Of a stretch of DNA of 46,265 nt, positions 1 to 10,185 are shown piece by piece. The first letter of the stretch is position 1. Each line of letters starts with the position of its first letter. The translations under genes and the position numbers were made by a program. Origin of the DNA: Methylococcaceae bacterium. Lineage in GTDB: Bacteria > Pseudomonadota > Gammaproteobacteria > Methylococcales > Methylococcaceae. The stretch covers positions 1 through 46,265 of the forward strand of contig VEPB01000473.1 of assembly GCA_012026715.1 (NCBI GenBank), in the 5' to 3' direction. A model generated the notes under the pieces. It worked only from the letters and a program-made list of their open reading frames with translations. It made no database searches and had not been told where the DNA came from.

Positions 1-264
1 ACCTCGTCTACACTCATGATCGCTCCGGCCCGCGTAGATATCGGTATTAGCCCCACATTTTGCAGGAAAACGGCTACACTGACTGGCGTTCGCGGGGACA
101 TCTACGGATAGCCGACAGCGACTGGTACCGCAAAGCTTCTCCAACTTGACAAACCTGGGTAAGACAGAGTGGGTTCTTTACCTCTTGTGCCTATTGAATT
201 CGTCATTGCGACCGGCGAGGATGCCCCGTCCACCGATTCATCCGCCCCCATCGAATGGGGATTC

Positions 265-918
265 ATGATGGAGAATCTGAGGTCGGTGAATGTCGGCCCC
301 ATACTGGTATCCGATGACCTCACCGAATACTTTGCCCACCAAATCGCCCGTTCACCCAATAATCTGCTCCGCCATACCCAACGGATTTTCTTCCATTTCG
401 GTAGCGGCGACGAAGAAGGTCTCTATTCGGCCTTGTTGGATCTGTTCATGGCCTTGAAGGAGAAAGGCCGCGCACTGCGTTCCCGCCTCCTGGGCGGCAG
501 CAAGTCGCGACTTTCCACCGAACGTTTCGATGCTCTCGCCCGATTTGTTGCGGAACCGGTCAATGAAACCGAACTCCCACGAGGGACATTGTCAGTGCTA
601 TCGCAGGGACTGACCGGAATCCTTCCGATCGTCAGCGAAGAAAGGGGGCCGGCGGAAAGCAGCCGCGATGTCTTGGTCGAAGCCCGTGAGCACATCGAGT
701 ATTTCCAGCTGGACGAGGCGCGCACCCTATTGGAGAGCGCCTTGCTCGACGATCCGCAACGCGACGATCTGCAGCAGGAACTGCTCGCCCTCTACTTGGC
801 CACCAACGACATGGCCGGATTGCGCGCCACCCGTAACCAGCTCGCCCAATTGCTGGATCCCCTACCCGAGCATTGGCTGGCATTCGACGACCAGCAAGAC
901 GGAGCCGACAACCCATGA
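265..918 (+). CDS. hypothetical protein, first gene of the GTPase/roadblock operon (TPR-like C-terminal helices)
   Basis: Frame of ORF 169..918. ATG at 265 (MMENLRS...) follows GGGGA; GTG 169 is an alternative start. The stop TGA 916-918 overlaps ATG 915 of the next gene (ATGA). I recognise no family. Confidence 0.55.
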   Translation: MMENLRSVNVGPILVSDDLTEYFAHQIARSPNNLLRHTQRIFFHFGSGDEEGLYSALLDLFMALKEKGRALRSRLLGGSKSRLSTERFDALARFVAEPVNETELPRGTLSVLSQGLTGILPIVSEERGPAESSRDVLVEAREHIEYFQLDEARTLLESALLDDPQRDDLQQELLALYLATNDMAGLRATRNQLAQLLDPLPEHWLAFDDQQDGADNP

Positions 919-2129
919 GCCAGAAGCCGTCCGAATCACCCCTGCGCATCGCTGTTCTCGGGATGGATAGCCGTACGGAAAACCTCTTCAGGATGTTCTT
1001 CCGTGGACCCTGCCAGAACCGTGCGATGGTGGTCGGCAGCGAGACCCCGGAAGCGACCCTGATCGACCTGGATGTACCTCAGGGCGCCAAACTGTTCGAG
1101 CAGCACCGCTCCAGATATCCGCAGCAGCCGGTTATCCTGCTGTCCATCAATCCGCCCGCCGAAGCTGACGCGCACACCATACTGGTCAAGAAACCGGCCC
1201 AGGCCCAAGCGATGCTGGCGGCCATCACGCGGACCCAGGAACTGGTCGCCGCGGTGCGACAGCCCAGGTCGGCTGCCCAGGCAGAACCTTCAGCCGAACC
1301 CGAAGAAGCCAAACCCGCCATGAAGGTGGTGACCCGGCCAGTCGCCAACGAGGGCTCGGCACAACGTGCCGCCTCTCTGCTCAACGAGCAGGTTTTCAAG
1401 AGCTATCTGGGCCATCGCGACGATATTGATCCCCAGGATCCCAAGCAGCTGGCCACGCTGTTTTACAACCCCCGAGAATTCCTCCAAGGCCATGTGCATT
1501 CCGCCTGGGAGGTTGCGGTGACCCGCGACCTGCCGACCCGGCTGGAAACGCCCTGGCGATCCATTTCCTTTTTTCCGGACCAGCGGATGATCCACGTCGC
1601 GGCGGATGAGGCACAACTGCGGGCGGTGTGCGGAATACCATTCCGCAACATCGTCAGCATGGACGTCGGCATGGACGGGCGCCAGTCACTCTCCAACGTC
1701 AAGACCATTACCGCCGACGAAGCCAAAAGCTTGCTCGAATCGGAGCACTTGGTATCTCTGGAGTCTTTCCTCTGGAAGATTGCGCTGCTGACCTCCAAAG
1801 GTCGGATCCCCGACGCCGTCGACCCGCTCCGGCCAATCCAGCTCAAACGCTGGCCCAACATGACGCGGATTACCCTGCCGCCTCACGCGATGCGGATCGC
1901 CGCCCTGCTTCACGACAGCCCGATGACGCCGTTCCAGGCTGCGCAACGGCTGGGCATCCGTCAACAGTACGTGTTTGCCTTCTTCAGTGCCGCCTATGCC
2001 CTCGGACTGATCAGCCAACCGGCAGAGGGTGTCCGGCCCGCCACCGCATCGACACAGCCTGCAAACCCTGCAGCCGCCGAGAAAGTGTCGCTGTTCAAGA
2101 AAATCCTCAATCGCCTCAAAATGAGCTGA
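915..2129 (+). CDS. receiver (REC)-like domain protein with Pro/Ala/Glu-rich linker and helical C-terminal region
   Basis: Frame of ORF 873..2129; ATG 915 (MSQKPSE...) overlaps the upstream stop. The N-terminus reads like a CheY-type fold ('RIAVLGMD', 'ATLIDLDVP', 'ILVKKPAQAQAMLAAI'). A low-complexity linker follows ('AAQAEPSAEPEEAKPA'), and the C-terminus has 'MTPFQAAQRLGIRQQYV', a wHTH-like stretch. Confidence 0.7.
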   Translation: MSQKPSESPLRIAVLGMDSRTENLFRMFFRGPCQNRAMVVGSETPEATLIDLDVPQGAKLFEQHRSRYPQQPVILLSINPPAEADAHTILVKKPAQAQAMLAAITRTQELVAAVRQPRSAAQAEPSAEPEEAKPAMKVVTRPVANEGSAQRAASLLNEQVFKSYLGHRDDIDPQDPKQLATLFYNPREFLQGHVHSAWEVAVTRDLPTRLETPWRSISFFPDQRMIHVAADEAQLRAVCGIPFRNIVSMDVGMDGRQSLSNVKTITADEAKSLLESEHLVSLESFLWKIALLTSKGRIPDAVDPLRPIQLKRWPNMTRITLPPHAMRIAALLHDSPMTPFQAAQRLGIRQQYVFAFFSAAYALGLISQPAEGVRPATASTQPANPAAAEKVSLFKKILNRLKMS

Positions 2130-2150
2130 CCTCGAAGGACGCTGACGCCC

Positions 2151-2696
2151 ATGAGCCAGTACAACAAAATCATCTTCACCGGCCCCGTCGGGGCAGGCAA
2201 GACCACCGCTATTGCATCCCTCAGCGACTCGGCTCCCGTCAAGACCGACGCCCGCGCCTCCGATATGACCAAGGAACGCAAGGCGTCAACCACTGTAGCG
2301 CTGGATTACGGGATCATGAACCTGCCAGGAGGCGAGAAGATCCACTTGTACGGAACGCCGGGGCAGGAACGCTTTGATTTCATGTGGGACATTCTCACCA
2401 CCGGAGGGATCGGCCTGGTGCTACTGATGGACAACACCCGCACCGATCCTTTCCAGGACTTGAAGTTCTTCATCGGCAAGTTCCGCGAATTCATCGATCA
2501 GACCAATCTGGTGATCGGCGTCACTCAAATGGATCTGAGCCGTCATCCGCCCCTTGAAGCCTATCACAGCCAAGTGGAGGCACTGGGATTGAAATCGCCG
2601 ATTTTTGAGGTCGATGCGCGCAGCAGAGAGGATGTTTCGATCTTGATCCAGGCGCTGCTTTATTCGCTCGATCCCGAGCTCGAGGAGACCCCGTAA
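2151..2696 (+). CDS. MglA-like / COG2229-type small Ras-superfamily GTPase
   Basis: 181 aa. G1 P-loop 'GPVGAGKT'. G3 is 'LYGTPGQERF', with the Asp of DxxGQ replaced. G4-like 'GVTQMDL'. The size is typical of prokaryotic MglA/CvnD-type GTPases. Confidence 0.85.
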   Translation: MSQYNKIIFTGPVGAGKTTAIASLSDSAPVKTDARASDMTKERKASTTVALDYGIMNLPGGEKIHLYGTPGQERFDFMWDILTTGGIGLVLLMDNTRTDPFQDLKFFIGKFREFIDQTNLVIGVTQMDLSRHPPLEAYHSQVEALGLKSPIFEVDARSREDVSILIQALLYSLDPELEETP

Positions 2697-3325
2697 TGGG
2701 CTATACCCTGGTCGAAAATCTGTTCATTCAGCCTACGCCCGCCGGTTGCTACTACGCCCTGTCGACCCCGGCCAAGTCCCCGGAAAGGCTGCTGCTGCGG
2801 GCTCTGCTGCACCAGAACCCGACTCCGGCACTGGATCTTGATTCGCTTCGTTCGTGGTCGACCCTGGACGATCCCGAACAAGGGCTGTCGCTGCTGCATC
2901 GGGCGCAGTCCTTGCGCTGGGTGCAAGGCTTCCACGAGCCGCGCCAGTGCCCTGATCAACCCCTGGAAACCATCCTGCCACGATTGCTGCACAGTTTCAG
3001 CAATCAGGGCAAAGCCCTGCTCGCGGACCACCAGGGATTTTATCTGGCATCCAGCGGGTTTCCCCACGAAGTGGCAGAAGAGCTGTCCGCGTTGAGCGCC
3101 GATCTGGCCAATCTGCACGAGCGCCGCGTCGGTGTGCTGCAGCACAACATGGGCCTTAACAGCAGCGCCTTCGCCATCGTCGACGCTGCCGGCAACAGTC
3201 GACTGGGCTTTTGGCCACTTTATATCGGAGAACTGCGCTTCGTGCTGGTCATCAATGGCATGCCACATCTGAACCACCCCGATTTCGTCACGCTGACATG
3301 GCTGCTCAGCAGACGTTATACCTGA
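2696..3325 (+). CDS. hypothetical protein with roadblock/LC7-like C-terminal half
   Basis: ATG 2696 overlaps the TAA of the GTPase gene (TAATG). The C-terminal segment 'ALLADHQGFYLASSGFPHEVAEELSALSADLANLHER...AFAIVDAAGN' has the pattern of Robl/LC7 (MglB/MglC-like) domains. This is a by-eye assignment only. Confidence 0.6.
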   Translation: MGYTLVENLFIQPTPAGCYYALSTPAKSPERLLLRALLHQNPTPALDLDSLRSWSTLDDPEQGLSLLHRAQSLRWVQGFHEPRQCPDQPLETILPRLLHSFSNQGKALLADHQGFYLASSGFPHEVAEELSALSADLANLHERRVGVLQHNMGLNSSAFAIVDAAGNSRLGFWPLYIGELRFVLVINGMPHLNHPDFVTLTWLLSRRYT

Positions 3326-3442
3326 GTAGGCCGGCAACCCGGTCTTCGCCAGGCGTTTTTCCGGCACGGGCATCCCGCTCCGGGACCACCGGTGCCCAAC
3401 CCACTCTGCAAATCCACCAACCGAAGAACATGAGGATCTCCA

Positions 3443-3805
3443 ATGCGCGCTGACATGCTTACTTCCATCCTGAACGAACTCAACGGCACCTCCGCCGATA
3501 TTGAGGCCTCCGGCATCATCTCCACCGACGGCTTGATCATGGCCGCGGTTCTGCCGCAAGGGCTGGACGAAGACCGCTTGGGTGCCATGAGCGCCGCCAT
3601 GCTGTCTTTGGGTGACCGGACTTCCCAGGAACTGGCGCGAGGCGGACTGGAACAGGTACTGATCAAGGGCGCCAAGGGATACGTGCTGATGACCTACGCC
3701 GGCAACGAGGCCGTTTTGACCGTCATGGCGAAACCCAACGCCAAGCTTGGACTGATCTTTCTCGACGTCAAGCGGGCCGCCGAAAGCGTTGCCGCACTGA
3801 TTTGA
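3443..3805 (+). CDS. roadblock/LC7 domain protein (MglB/CvnB-like)
   Basis: 120 aa with a GAGGA RBS. 'ASGIISTDGLIMAAVLPQGLDEDRLGAMSAAMLSLGDRTSQEL...VLIKGAKGYVLMTYAGNEAVLTVMA' matches the classic Robl_LC7 pattern. Confidence 0.85.
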   Translation: MRADMLTSILNELNGTSADIEASGIISTDGLIMAAVLPQGLDEDRLGAMSAAMLSLGDRTSQELARGGLEQVLIKGAKGYVLMTYAGNEAVLTVMAKPNAKLGLIFLDVKRAAESVAALI

Positions 3806-3845
3806 CGTCCACGTTGCCAGCCCACCAACGAGACGGTCGACGACC

Positions 3846-4334
3846 ATGGTTATTCACGCCCTCCAAGACATGCTCCCTAGCGATGTAGCCGGGGCTTACC
3901 GCGAATACAACCTGACCTATTTCGACGGCGCTCAGCGGAAGGTATTGGTCGTCGATGAGGAAGTCCCCTACCCGGAAGGCCGTCTCATCGTGTCGCGGAC
4001 CGACCCACAGGGGATCATCACCCACGCCAACCAGTCTTTCGTGGACATGTCAGGATTTACCATGGACGAACTGATCGGCGCGCCCCATTATATCCTGAGG
4101 CATCCGGACATGCCGCCGGTTGCCTTCAAGGGCTTGTGGGACACCCTGGCCCGTGGTGAAACCTGGCAGGGCTACGTCAAAAATCTGCGGAGGGACGGGC
4201 GCTACTACTGGGTCAAGGCAACCGCGATCCCCAACGTCCGCAATGGCCAGGTGGTGGGCTACACCTCGGTACGCCGCAAGCCATCACGGCAGAAAATTGC
4301 CGAGTGCGAAAAGCTGTACCCGACCCTCTTCTAG
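3846..4334 (+). CDS. stand-alone Aer-type (FAD-binding-like) PAS domain protein
   Basis: 162 aa. 'RTDPQGIITHANQSFVDMSGFTMDELIGAPHYILRHPDMPPVAFKGLWDTLARGETWQGYVKNLRRDGRYYWVKATAIP' closely resembles the Aer/MCP N-terminal PAS (RHPDMP...W.G.VKNRRKNGD.YWV). No HAMP, MCP or kinase output domain follows. Confidence 0.85.
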   Translation: MVIHALQDMLPSDVAGAYREYNLTYFDGAQRKVLVVDEEVPYPEGRLIVSRTDPQGIITHANQSFVDMSGFTMDELIGAPHYILRHPDMPPVAFKGLWDTLARGETWQGYVKNLRRDGRYYWVKATAIPNVRNGQVVGYTSVRRKPSRQKIAECEKLYPTLF

Positions 4335-4352
4335 GCTGTCCGGAGCTTCCCC

Positions 4353-5099
4353 ATGACTTTCCAATTCACCGTGAGCCCGGACTTTACCCCGGATCACCTG
4401 TCGGGCTGGTACATCTTCAACACCTGGCTGCAGAAGGCGGTCGACCTGCACATCCACCTCCACATCTACGACGATTTCCATCAGCAGCGGGATGCCATTC
4501 AGAACGACAAGGTCGACCTGATCTATGCCAACCCCTTCGACGCCGCCATGCTGGTGCGCGAAAAGGGCTTCCGGGCACTGGCCCGACCCGCCGGCAAGGC
4601 CGATGAGGCCTTGGTCTGTGTCGGTGAATCCAGCCCCGTTCAAAAAGTTGAGGACCTGCAGCCTGGCACCCGCCTGGCCACCACCGACGATCCGGACGTC
4701 CATCTGATGGGCATGATCATGCTGGAACCCGCCAACCTCGGCAAAGAAAACATCACCATGGTTCCCTGCGACACCTATGTGCTGGTGGCCAAGGAGCTGA
4801 TCAAGGGAACCAGCGACGTGGGCATCTTCCTGCAGGAGGCCTATCACGACCTCAGCTCCATCATCCGCCGCCAGCTGCGGGTGCTGGTAAGCGGCCAGAT
4901 CCAACTGGTGCACCACTGTCTCATGGTTGGCCCCAACCTCCATCCCCATCGGGACAAGCTGCTTCAGGCCCTGCTCACCATGGGAGATGATCCCAAAGGC
5001 CCTGGCGTGCTGGAAGCTTTGAAGTTCCCTCACTGGGAAGCGGTCGACGAGGAGGAGATGGAGTTCATGATCGACCTGATGGATACCCTCAACACCTGA
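4353..5099 (+). CDS. PhnD/SsuA-like type-2 periplasmic-binding-protein-fold protein lacking a signal peptide
   Basis: 248 aa with a GGAG RBS 8 nt upstream. 'KVDLIYANPFDAAMLVREKGFRALARP' is typical of PhnD-like substrate-binding domains. The N-terminus 'MTFQFTVSPDF' has no hydrophobic leader. Confidence 0.7.
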   Translation: MTFQFTVSPDFTPDHLSGWYIFNTWLQKAVDLHIHLHIYDDFHQQRDAIQNDKVDLIYANPFDAAMLVREKGFRALARPAGKADEALVCVGESSPVQKVEDLQPGTRLATTDDPDVHLMGMIMLEPANLGKENITMVPCDTYVLVAKELIKGTSDVGIFLQEAYHDLSSIIRRQLRVLVSGQIQLVHHCLMVGPNLHPHRDKLLQALLTMGDDPKGPGVLEALKFPHWEAVDEEEMEFMIDLMDTLNT

Positions 5100-5191
5100 C
5101 GACGCGTTCCGCAGTCCCGTCGGAGCCGATGACAATGCCGCGTCTTCTATGACAGAATTGTCAGGTTAATTCAGCCACTCGGGAGAACTAG

Positions 5192-5836
<645 letters not shown>

Positions 5837-5904
5837 GCGAGCCGATCCAGCGCCTACCGGCCGATTTCACTGCAACGTCGTTACCTCCCACGGTCCCATC
5901 CCCA

Positions 5905-7308
5905 ATGACAGGCAAAACCCTCTACGACAAACTCTGGGAAGACCACCTGGTCGCCCAGGACCCCGACGGTTCCGCGCTGATTTACATCGACCGCCAACTG
6001 GTCCATGAAGTCACTTCGCCCCAAGCGTTCGAGGGACTGCGCCTATCCGGCCGCAAGCCCTGGCGCACCGCCGCCAACCTGGCGGTGGCCGATCACAACA
6101 TCCCCACCAAGGATCGCGACCAGGGTATTGCCGACCCCATCTCCCGGCTGCAGGTGCAAACCCTGGAGGACAATTGCAAGGAGTTCGGCATCACCGAATT
6201 CTCCATGAGCGACCCGCGCCAAGGCATTGTCCACGTGATGGGCCCCGAGCAGGGCGCCACCCTGCCCGGCATGACCATCGTCTGTGGCGACTCCCACACC
6301 TCGACCCACGGCGCGTTCGGGGCCCTCGCCTTCGGCATCGGCACCTCGGAGGTGGAACATGTTCTGGCAACCCAGTGCCTGGTCCAGCGCAAGGCCAGGA
6401 ACATGCTGATCCGGGTCGACGGCAAGGTCGGCCCCGGCATCACCGCCAAGGACATCGTGCTGGCCATCATCGGCAAGATCGGCACCGCCGGCGGTACCGG
6501 CTATGCGGTCGAATTTGCCGGCGACGCCATCGCCGCGCTGTCCATGGAAGGCCGCATGACGGTGTGCAACATGGCAATCGAGGCCGGCGCCCGATCCGGC
6601 CTGATCGCCGTCGACGAGACCACCATCGACTATCTGCGCGGCCGCCCCTATGCTCCGAAGGACGAGCTGTTCGAGACCGCCGCCGAAACCTGGCGCCGGC
6701 TGCGCAGCGACGTCGACGCCGCGTTCGACGCCGTAATCACGGTGGATGCCGCGAGCATCCGGCCCCAGGTGACCTGGGGCACCTCACCGGAGATGGTGTG
6801 CCCGGTGGACGGCAAGGTGCCCGATCCGACCCAGGAGTCCGATCCGGTCAAGCGCGAAAGCATCCAGCGGGCGCTCAGCTATATGGGCCTGGAACCGGGC
6901 ACACCGCTGACCGCCGTCAACGTCGACAAGGTCTTCATCGGTTCCTGCACCAACGCCCGCATCGAGGACCTGCGAGCCGCCGCCGAAGTGGTCAAGGGCA
7001 AGAGCGTTGCCGGCAGCATCAAGCTGGCTTTGGTGGTACCGGGTTCCGGCCTGGTCAAGCAGCAGGCCGAGGAAGAAGGGCTCGATCAGGTTTTCACCGA
7101 AGCGGGATTCGAATGGCGCGACCCCGGCTGCTCCATGTGCCTGGCCATGAACGCCGACCGCCTCGAACCCGGCGAGCGTTGCGCTTCCACCTCAAACCGC
7201 AACTTCGAGGGGCGCCAAGGCTACGGCTCGCGCACCCATCTGGTGAGCCCGGCCATGGCTGCTGCCGCAGCCATTTACGGACATTTCGTCGACATCCGTT
7301 CCATCTAA
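5905..7308 (+). CDS. leuC: 3-isopropylmalate dehydratase large subunit
   Basis: Aconitase-family motifs ('[12 protein letters not shown]', '[24 protein letters not shown]', 'GSCTN', 'CSMCLAMN'). I use ATG 5905 (MTGKTLYDK), which gives about 467 aa. The track start, TTG 5833, would add a non-conserved 24-aa extension overlapping the adk stop. Confidence 0.96.
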   Translation: MTGKTLYDKLWEDHLVAQDPDGSALIYIDRQLVHEVTSPQAFEGLRLSGRKPWRTAANLAVADHNIPTKDRDQGIADPISRLQVQTLEDNCKEFGITEFSMSDPRQGIVHVMGPEQGATLPGMTIVCGDSHTSTHGAFGALAFGIGTSEVEHVLATQCLVQRKARNMLIRVDGKVGPGITAKDIVLAIIGKIGTAGGTGYAVEFAGDAIAALSMEGRMTVCNMAIEAGARSGLIAVDETTIDYLRGRPYAPKDELFETAAETWRRLRSDVDAAFDAVITVDAASIRPQVTWGTSPEMVCPVDGKVPDPTQESDPVKRESIQRALSYMGLEPGTPLTAVNVDKVFIGSCTNARIEDLRAAAEVVKGKSVAGSIKLALVVPGSGLVKQQAEEEGLDQVFTEAGFEWRDPGCSMCLAMNADRLEPGERCASTSNRNFEGRQGYGSRTHLVSPAMAAAAAIYGHFVDIRSI

Positions 7309-7321
7309 TCGATCGAGCACC

Positions 7322-7960
7322 ATGCGCGCCTTTCAAAAAATCACCTCGCGAGTCATCCCCGTCGACCGGTCCAACGTCGACACCGACGCCATCATCCCCA
7401 AGCAATTCCTCAAGTCGATCAAGCGCAGCGGCTTCGGCCCCTTTTTGTTCGACGAATGGCGCTATCTGGATCGGGGTGAACCCGACATGGATTGCAGCGG
7501 CCGCCCGCTCAACCCGGAATTCGTGTTGAACGTACCCTGTTACGCTGGCGGCGAGATCCTGCTGGCCCGGGAAAACTTCGGTTGCGGCTCCTCGCGGGAA
7601 CATGCGCCCTGGGCCATCGCCGACTACGGCATCCGGGTCATCATAGCCCCCAGCTTCGCCGACATTTTTTACAACAATTGCTTCAAGAACGGGCTGTTGC
7701 CCATCGTGCTGGATGCCACCATCGTCGACCGGCTATTCGCAGAATGCGGTCCCGGCTATGCCCTGACCGTGGATCTTAAGGAGCAGGTCATCCAGACCCG
7801 CTACGGCGAGTCCATCCATTTCGACATCGACCCGTCGCGGAAGCACCGGCTGCTCAACGGCCTCGACGACATCGCCCTGACCCTGCAACGGGCCGATGAA
7901 ATCCGCGCTTATGAAGCCCGGCGCGCGCAACAAGCGCCCTGGTTGTTTGCCACCCACTGA
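7322..7960 (+). CDS. leuD: 3-isopropylmalate dehydratase small subunit
   Basis: 212 aa. '[14 protein letters not shown]', '[17 protein letters not shown]' and '[18 protein letters not shown]'. Confidence 0.97.
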   Translation: MRAFQKITSRVIPVDRSNVDTDAIIPKQFLKSIKRSGFGPFLFDEWRYLDRGEPDMDCSGRPLNPEFVLNVPCYAGGEILLARENFGCGSSREHAPWAIADYGIRVIIAPSFADIFYNNCFKNGLLPIVLDATIVDRLFAECGPGYALTVDLKEQVIQTRYGESIHFDIDPSRKHRLLNGLDDIALTLQRADEIRAYEARRAQQAPWLFATH

Positions 7961-7982
7961 ATTGGCCCTCATCTAGCTCAAC

Positions 7983-9062
7983 ATGACCCAGAAAATCGCC
8001 GTCCTCGCGGGCGACGGCATCGGCCCGGAAATCGTCGCCGAAGCCCTCAAAGTTCTAGACACCCTTCGCGCCGACTTCGGCCTGGCCGTGGAGACCGAAG
8101 CAGGCCTCATCGGCGGTGCCGCCTATGACGCCACCGGCACCCCGTTCCCCGACACCACCCTCAAGCTGGCGCAGCAGGCCGACGCCGTGCTGCTGGGCGC
8201 GGTCGGCGGCCCCAAATGGGAGCCATTGGATTACTCGGTTCGTCCTGAGCGGGGGCTGCTGGGCCTGCGCTCGGAACTGGAACTTTTCGCCAACCTGCGC
8301 CCGGCCATCCTCTATCCCCAGCTGGTGCATGCCTCCACCCTGAAACCGGAGGTGGTTGCAGGACTCGACGTCATGATCATCCGCGAACTGACCGGAGGCA
8401 TCTATTTCGGCCAGCCACGCGGACGCCGCAACAATGCCCAGGGCGAGCGAGAAGGCTACAACACGCTGATCTATAGCGAATCGGAAATCCGCCGCATCGC
8501 CCACATCGCGTTCCAGGTGGCGCGCAAGCGCGATAAACGGCTGTGCTCCATCGACAAGGCCAATGTGCTGGAATGCACGGAATTGTGGCGGGAGGTGGTC
8601 GTCGAAACCGGCAAGGACTACCCCGAGGTGGAATTGAGCCACATGTACGTGGACAATGCAGCCATGCAGCTGGTGCGCAACCCCAAGCAGTTCGACGTGA
8701 TGCTGACCGACAACATGTTCGGCGACATTTTGTCCGATTGCGCCGCCATGCTCACCGGCTCCATCGGCATGCTGCCGTCCGCGTCGCTGGACAAGGCCGG
8801 CAAGGGCATGTACGAACCCATTCACGGCTCGGCGCCGGACATCACCGGCAAAGGCATCGCCAACCCGATCGCCACCATCCTGTCGGTCGCCATGATGCTG
8901 CGCTACACCTTGAACAACGAAGCCTTGGCAGACCGGGTCGAGCAAGCGATTCGCGCCACCCTGGACGAAGGCTATCGGACCCCAGACATCTATTCCGAAG
9001 GAACCGCCAAGGTCGGCACGGTGCAGATGGGCGACCTGATCGTCCGCAAACTGCGCGCATAG
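7983..9062 (+). CDS. leuB: 3-isopropylmalate dehydrogenase
   Basis: 359 aa. '[14 protein letters not shown]', 'NLRPA', '[12 protein letters not shown]' and 'NMFGDILSD...[11 protein letters not shown]' are isocitrate/isopropylmalate dehydrogenase signatures. Confidence 0.97.
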   Translation: MTQKIAVLAGDGIGPEIVAEALKVLDTLRADFGLAVETEAGLIGGAAYDATGTPFPDTTLKLAQQADAVLLGAVGGPKWEPLDYSVRPERGLLGLRSELELFANLRPAILYPQLVHASTLKPEVVAGLDVMIIRELTGGIYFGQPRGRRNNAQGEREGYNTLIYSESEIRRIAHIAFQVARKRDKRLCSIDKANVLECTELWREVVVETGKDYPEVELSHMYVDNAAMQLVRNPKQFDVMLTDNMFGDILSDCAAMLTGSIGMLPSASLDKAGKGMYEPIHGSAPDITGKGIANPIATILSVAMMLRYTLNNEALADRVEQAIRATLDEGYRTPDIYSEGTAKVGTVQMGDLIVRKLRA

Positions 9063-9082
9063 GCCTTCGGCGGAGCGAGACC

Positions 9083-10105
9083 ATGAGCAAGACTTACGAC
9101 GTGGCCATACTCGGTGCGACCGGGGCGGTCGGCGAAACCATGCTGGCCATCCTGGAGCAGCGCAACTTTCCGGTCGGCCGGCTCTACGCCCTGGCCAGCA
9201 ACCGCTCCGCCGGTGTCGAACTGGAGTTTCGCGGCGAGACCATCCGGGTGCAGGACGTGGAGCAATTCGACTGGAGCCACGTCCAAATCGGGCTGTTCTC
9301 CGCCGGCGCCTCGGTATCCGCCCGCTGGGCGCCCATCGCCGCCGCGGCCGGTTGCGTGGTGATCGACAACACCTCCTGCTTCCGCTACGAAGACGACATC
9401 CCGCTGGTGGTACCGGAAGTCAACCCGCAAGCCATCGCCCAGTACAGGAACCGCGGTATCATCGCCAATCCCAACTGCTCCACCATCCAGATGGTGGTGG
9501 CGCTCAAGCCCATCTACGACGCGGCCGGCATCGAGCGCATCAACGTCTGCACCTATCAGGCAGTATCCGGCACCGGCAAGAAAGCCATCGACGAGTTGGC
9601 CGGGCAAACCGCCAACCTACTCAATGCCAAGCCCATCGATGCCAAGGTGTACCCTAAGCAGATCGCGTTCAACGTCCTCCCCCAAATCGACATCTTCATG
9701 GACAACGGCTACACCAAGGAGGAAATGAAGATGGTCTGGGAAACCCGGAAGATCCTGGGCGACGACGGCATCCTGGTGAATCCCACCACGGTTCGGGTGC
9801 CGGTTTTCTACGGCCATTCCGAGGCGGTTCACATCGAGACCAAGACCAAGATCAGCGCCGACCAGGCCCGCGAGTTATTACGCGATGCTCCGGGAATCCG
9901 AGTGATCGATGAACGCCAGCCGGGCGGCTATCCGACCGCCGTGACAGAAGCGGCCGGGCGGGATGACGTGTTCGTCGGACGAATCCGTGAGGACCTGTCG
10001 CACCCGCGTGGTTTAAATCTATGGGTGGTCGCCGATAATGTACGCAAAGGAGCCGCTTTAAACAGCGTTCAAATCGCTGAAGAACTAGTCAAAACCCATA
10101 TCTAG
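9083..10105 (+). CDS. asd: aspartate-semialdehyde dehydrogenase
   Basis: ATG 9083 (MSKTYDVAILGATGAVGETML), 340 aa. Active-site region 'IIANPNCSTIQM'. The upstream 180 aa of the track ORF 8543..10105 is an out-of-frame overlap of leuB and is not part of the gene. Confidence 0.96.
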   Translation: MSKTYDVAILGATGAVGETMLAILEQRNFPVGRLYALASNRSAGVELEFRGETIRVQDVEQFDWSHVQIGLFSAGASVSARWAPIAAAAGCVVIDNTSCFRYEDDIPLVVPEVNPQAIAQYRNRGIIANPNCSTIQMVVALKPIYDAAGIERINVCTYQAVSGTGKKAIDELAGQTANLLNAKPIDAKVYPKQIAFNVLPQIDIFMDNGYTKEEMKMVWETRKILGDDGILVNPTTVRVPVFYGHSEAVHIETKTKISADQARELLRDAPGIRVIDERQPGGYPTAVTEAAGRDDVFVGRIREDLSHPRGLNLWVVADNVRKGAALNSVQIAEELVKTHI

Positions 10106-10185
10106 CGCTAGTCTTTCAACCTATTGAAAAAGTTCCGCAGCGAGTGCGGCGAACCTGAACGGATCTGAAGAAAGGAGCAGGTAAC

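Noticed and set aside
1-17. Possible start of a divergent minus-strand gene (ATG at 17, 'MSVDEV', GGAG 6 nt upstream)
   Set aside because: Only 17 nt are in the window, which is far too little to support a CDS call.
146-151. Perfect TTGACA -35 hexamer upstream of the first operon
   Set aside because: No acceptable -10 hexamer lies 16-18 nt downstream; the sequence there reads GTGGGT or AGTGGG. A promoter cannot be supported from sequence alone.
2660-3847. 395-aa minus-strand ORF opposite the roadblock genes
   Set aside because: The plus-strand frames contain a canonical roadblock/LC7 sequence and show translational coupling. The antisense product has no motifs and shows the typical antisense amino-acid bias.
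6174-7529. 451-aa plus-strand ORF in an alternative frame across leuC and leuD
   Set aside because: Its composition is Arg/Gly/Pro/His-rich and it crosses a gene boundary. The leuC and leuD frames carry clear family signatures. This is a GC-rich frame artefact.
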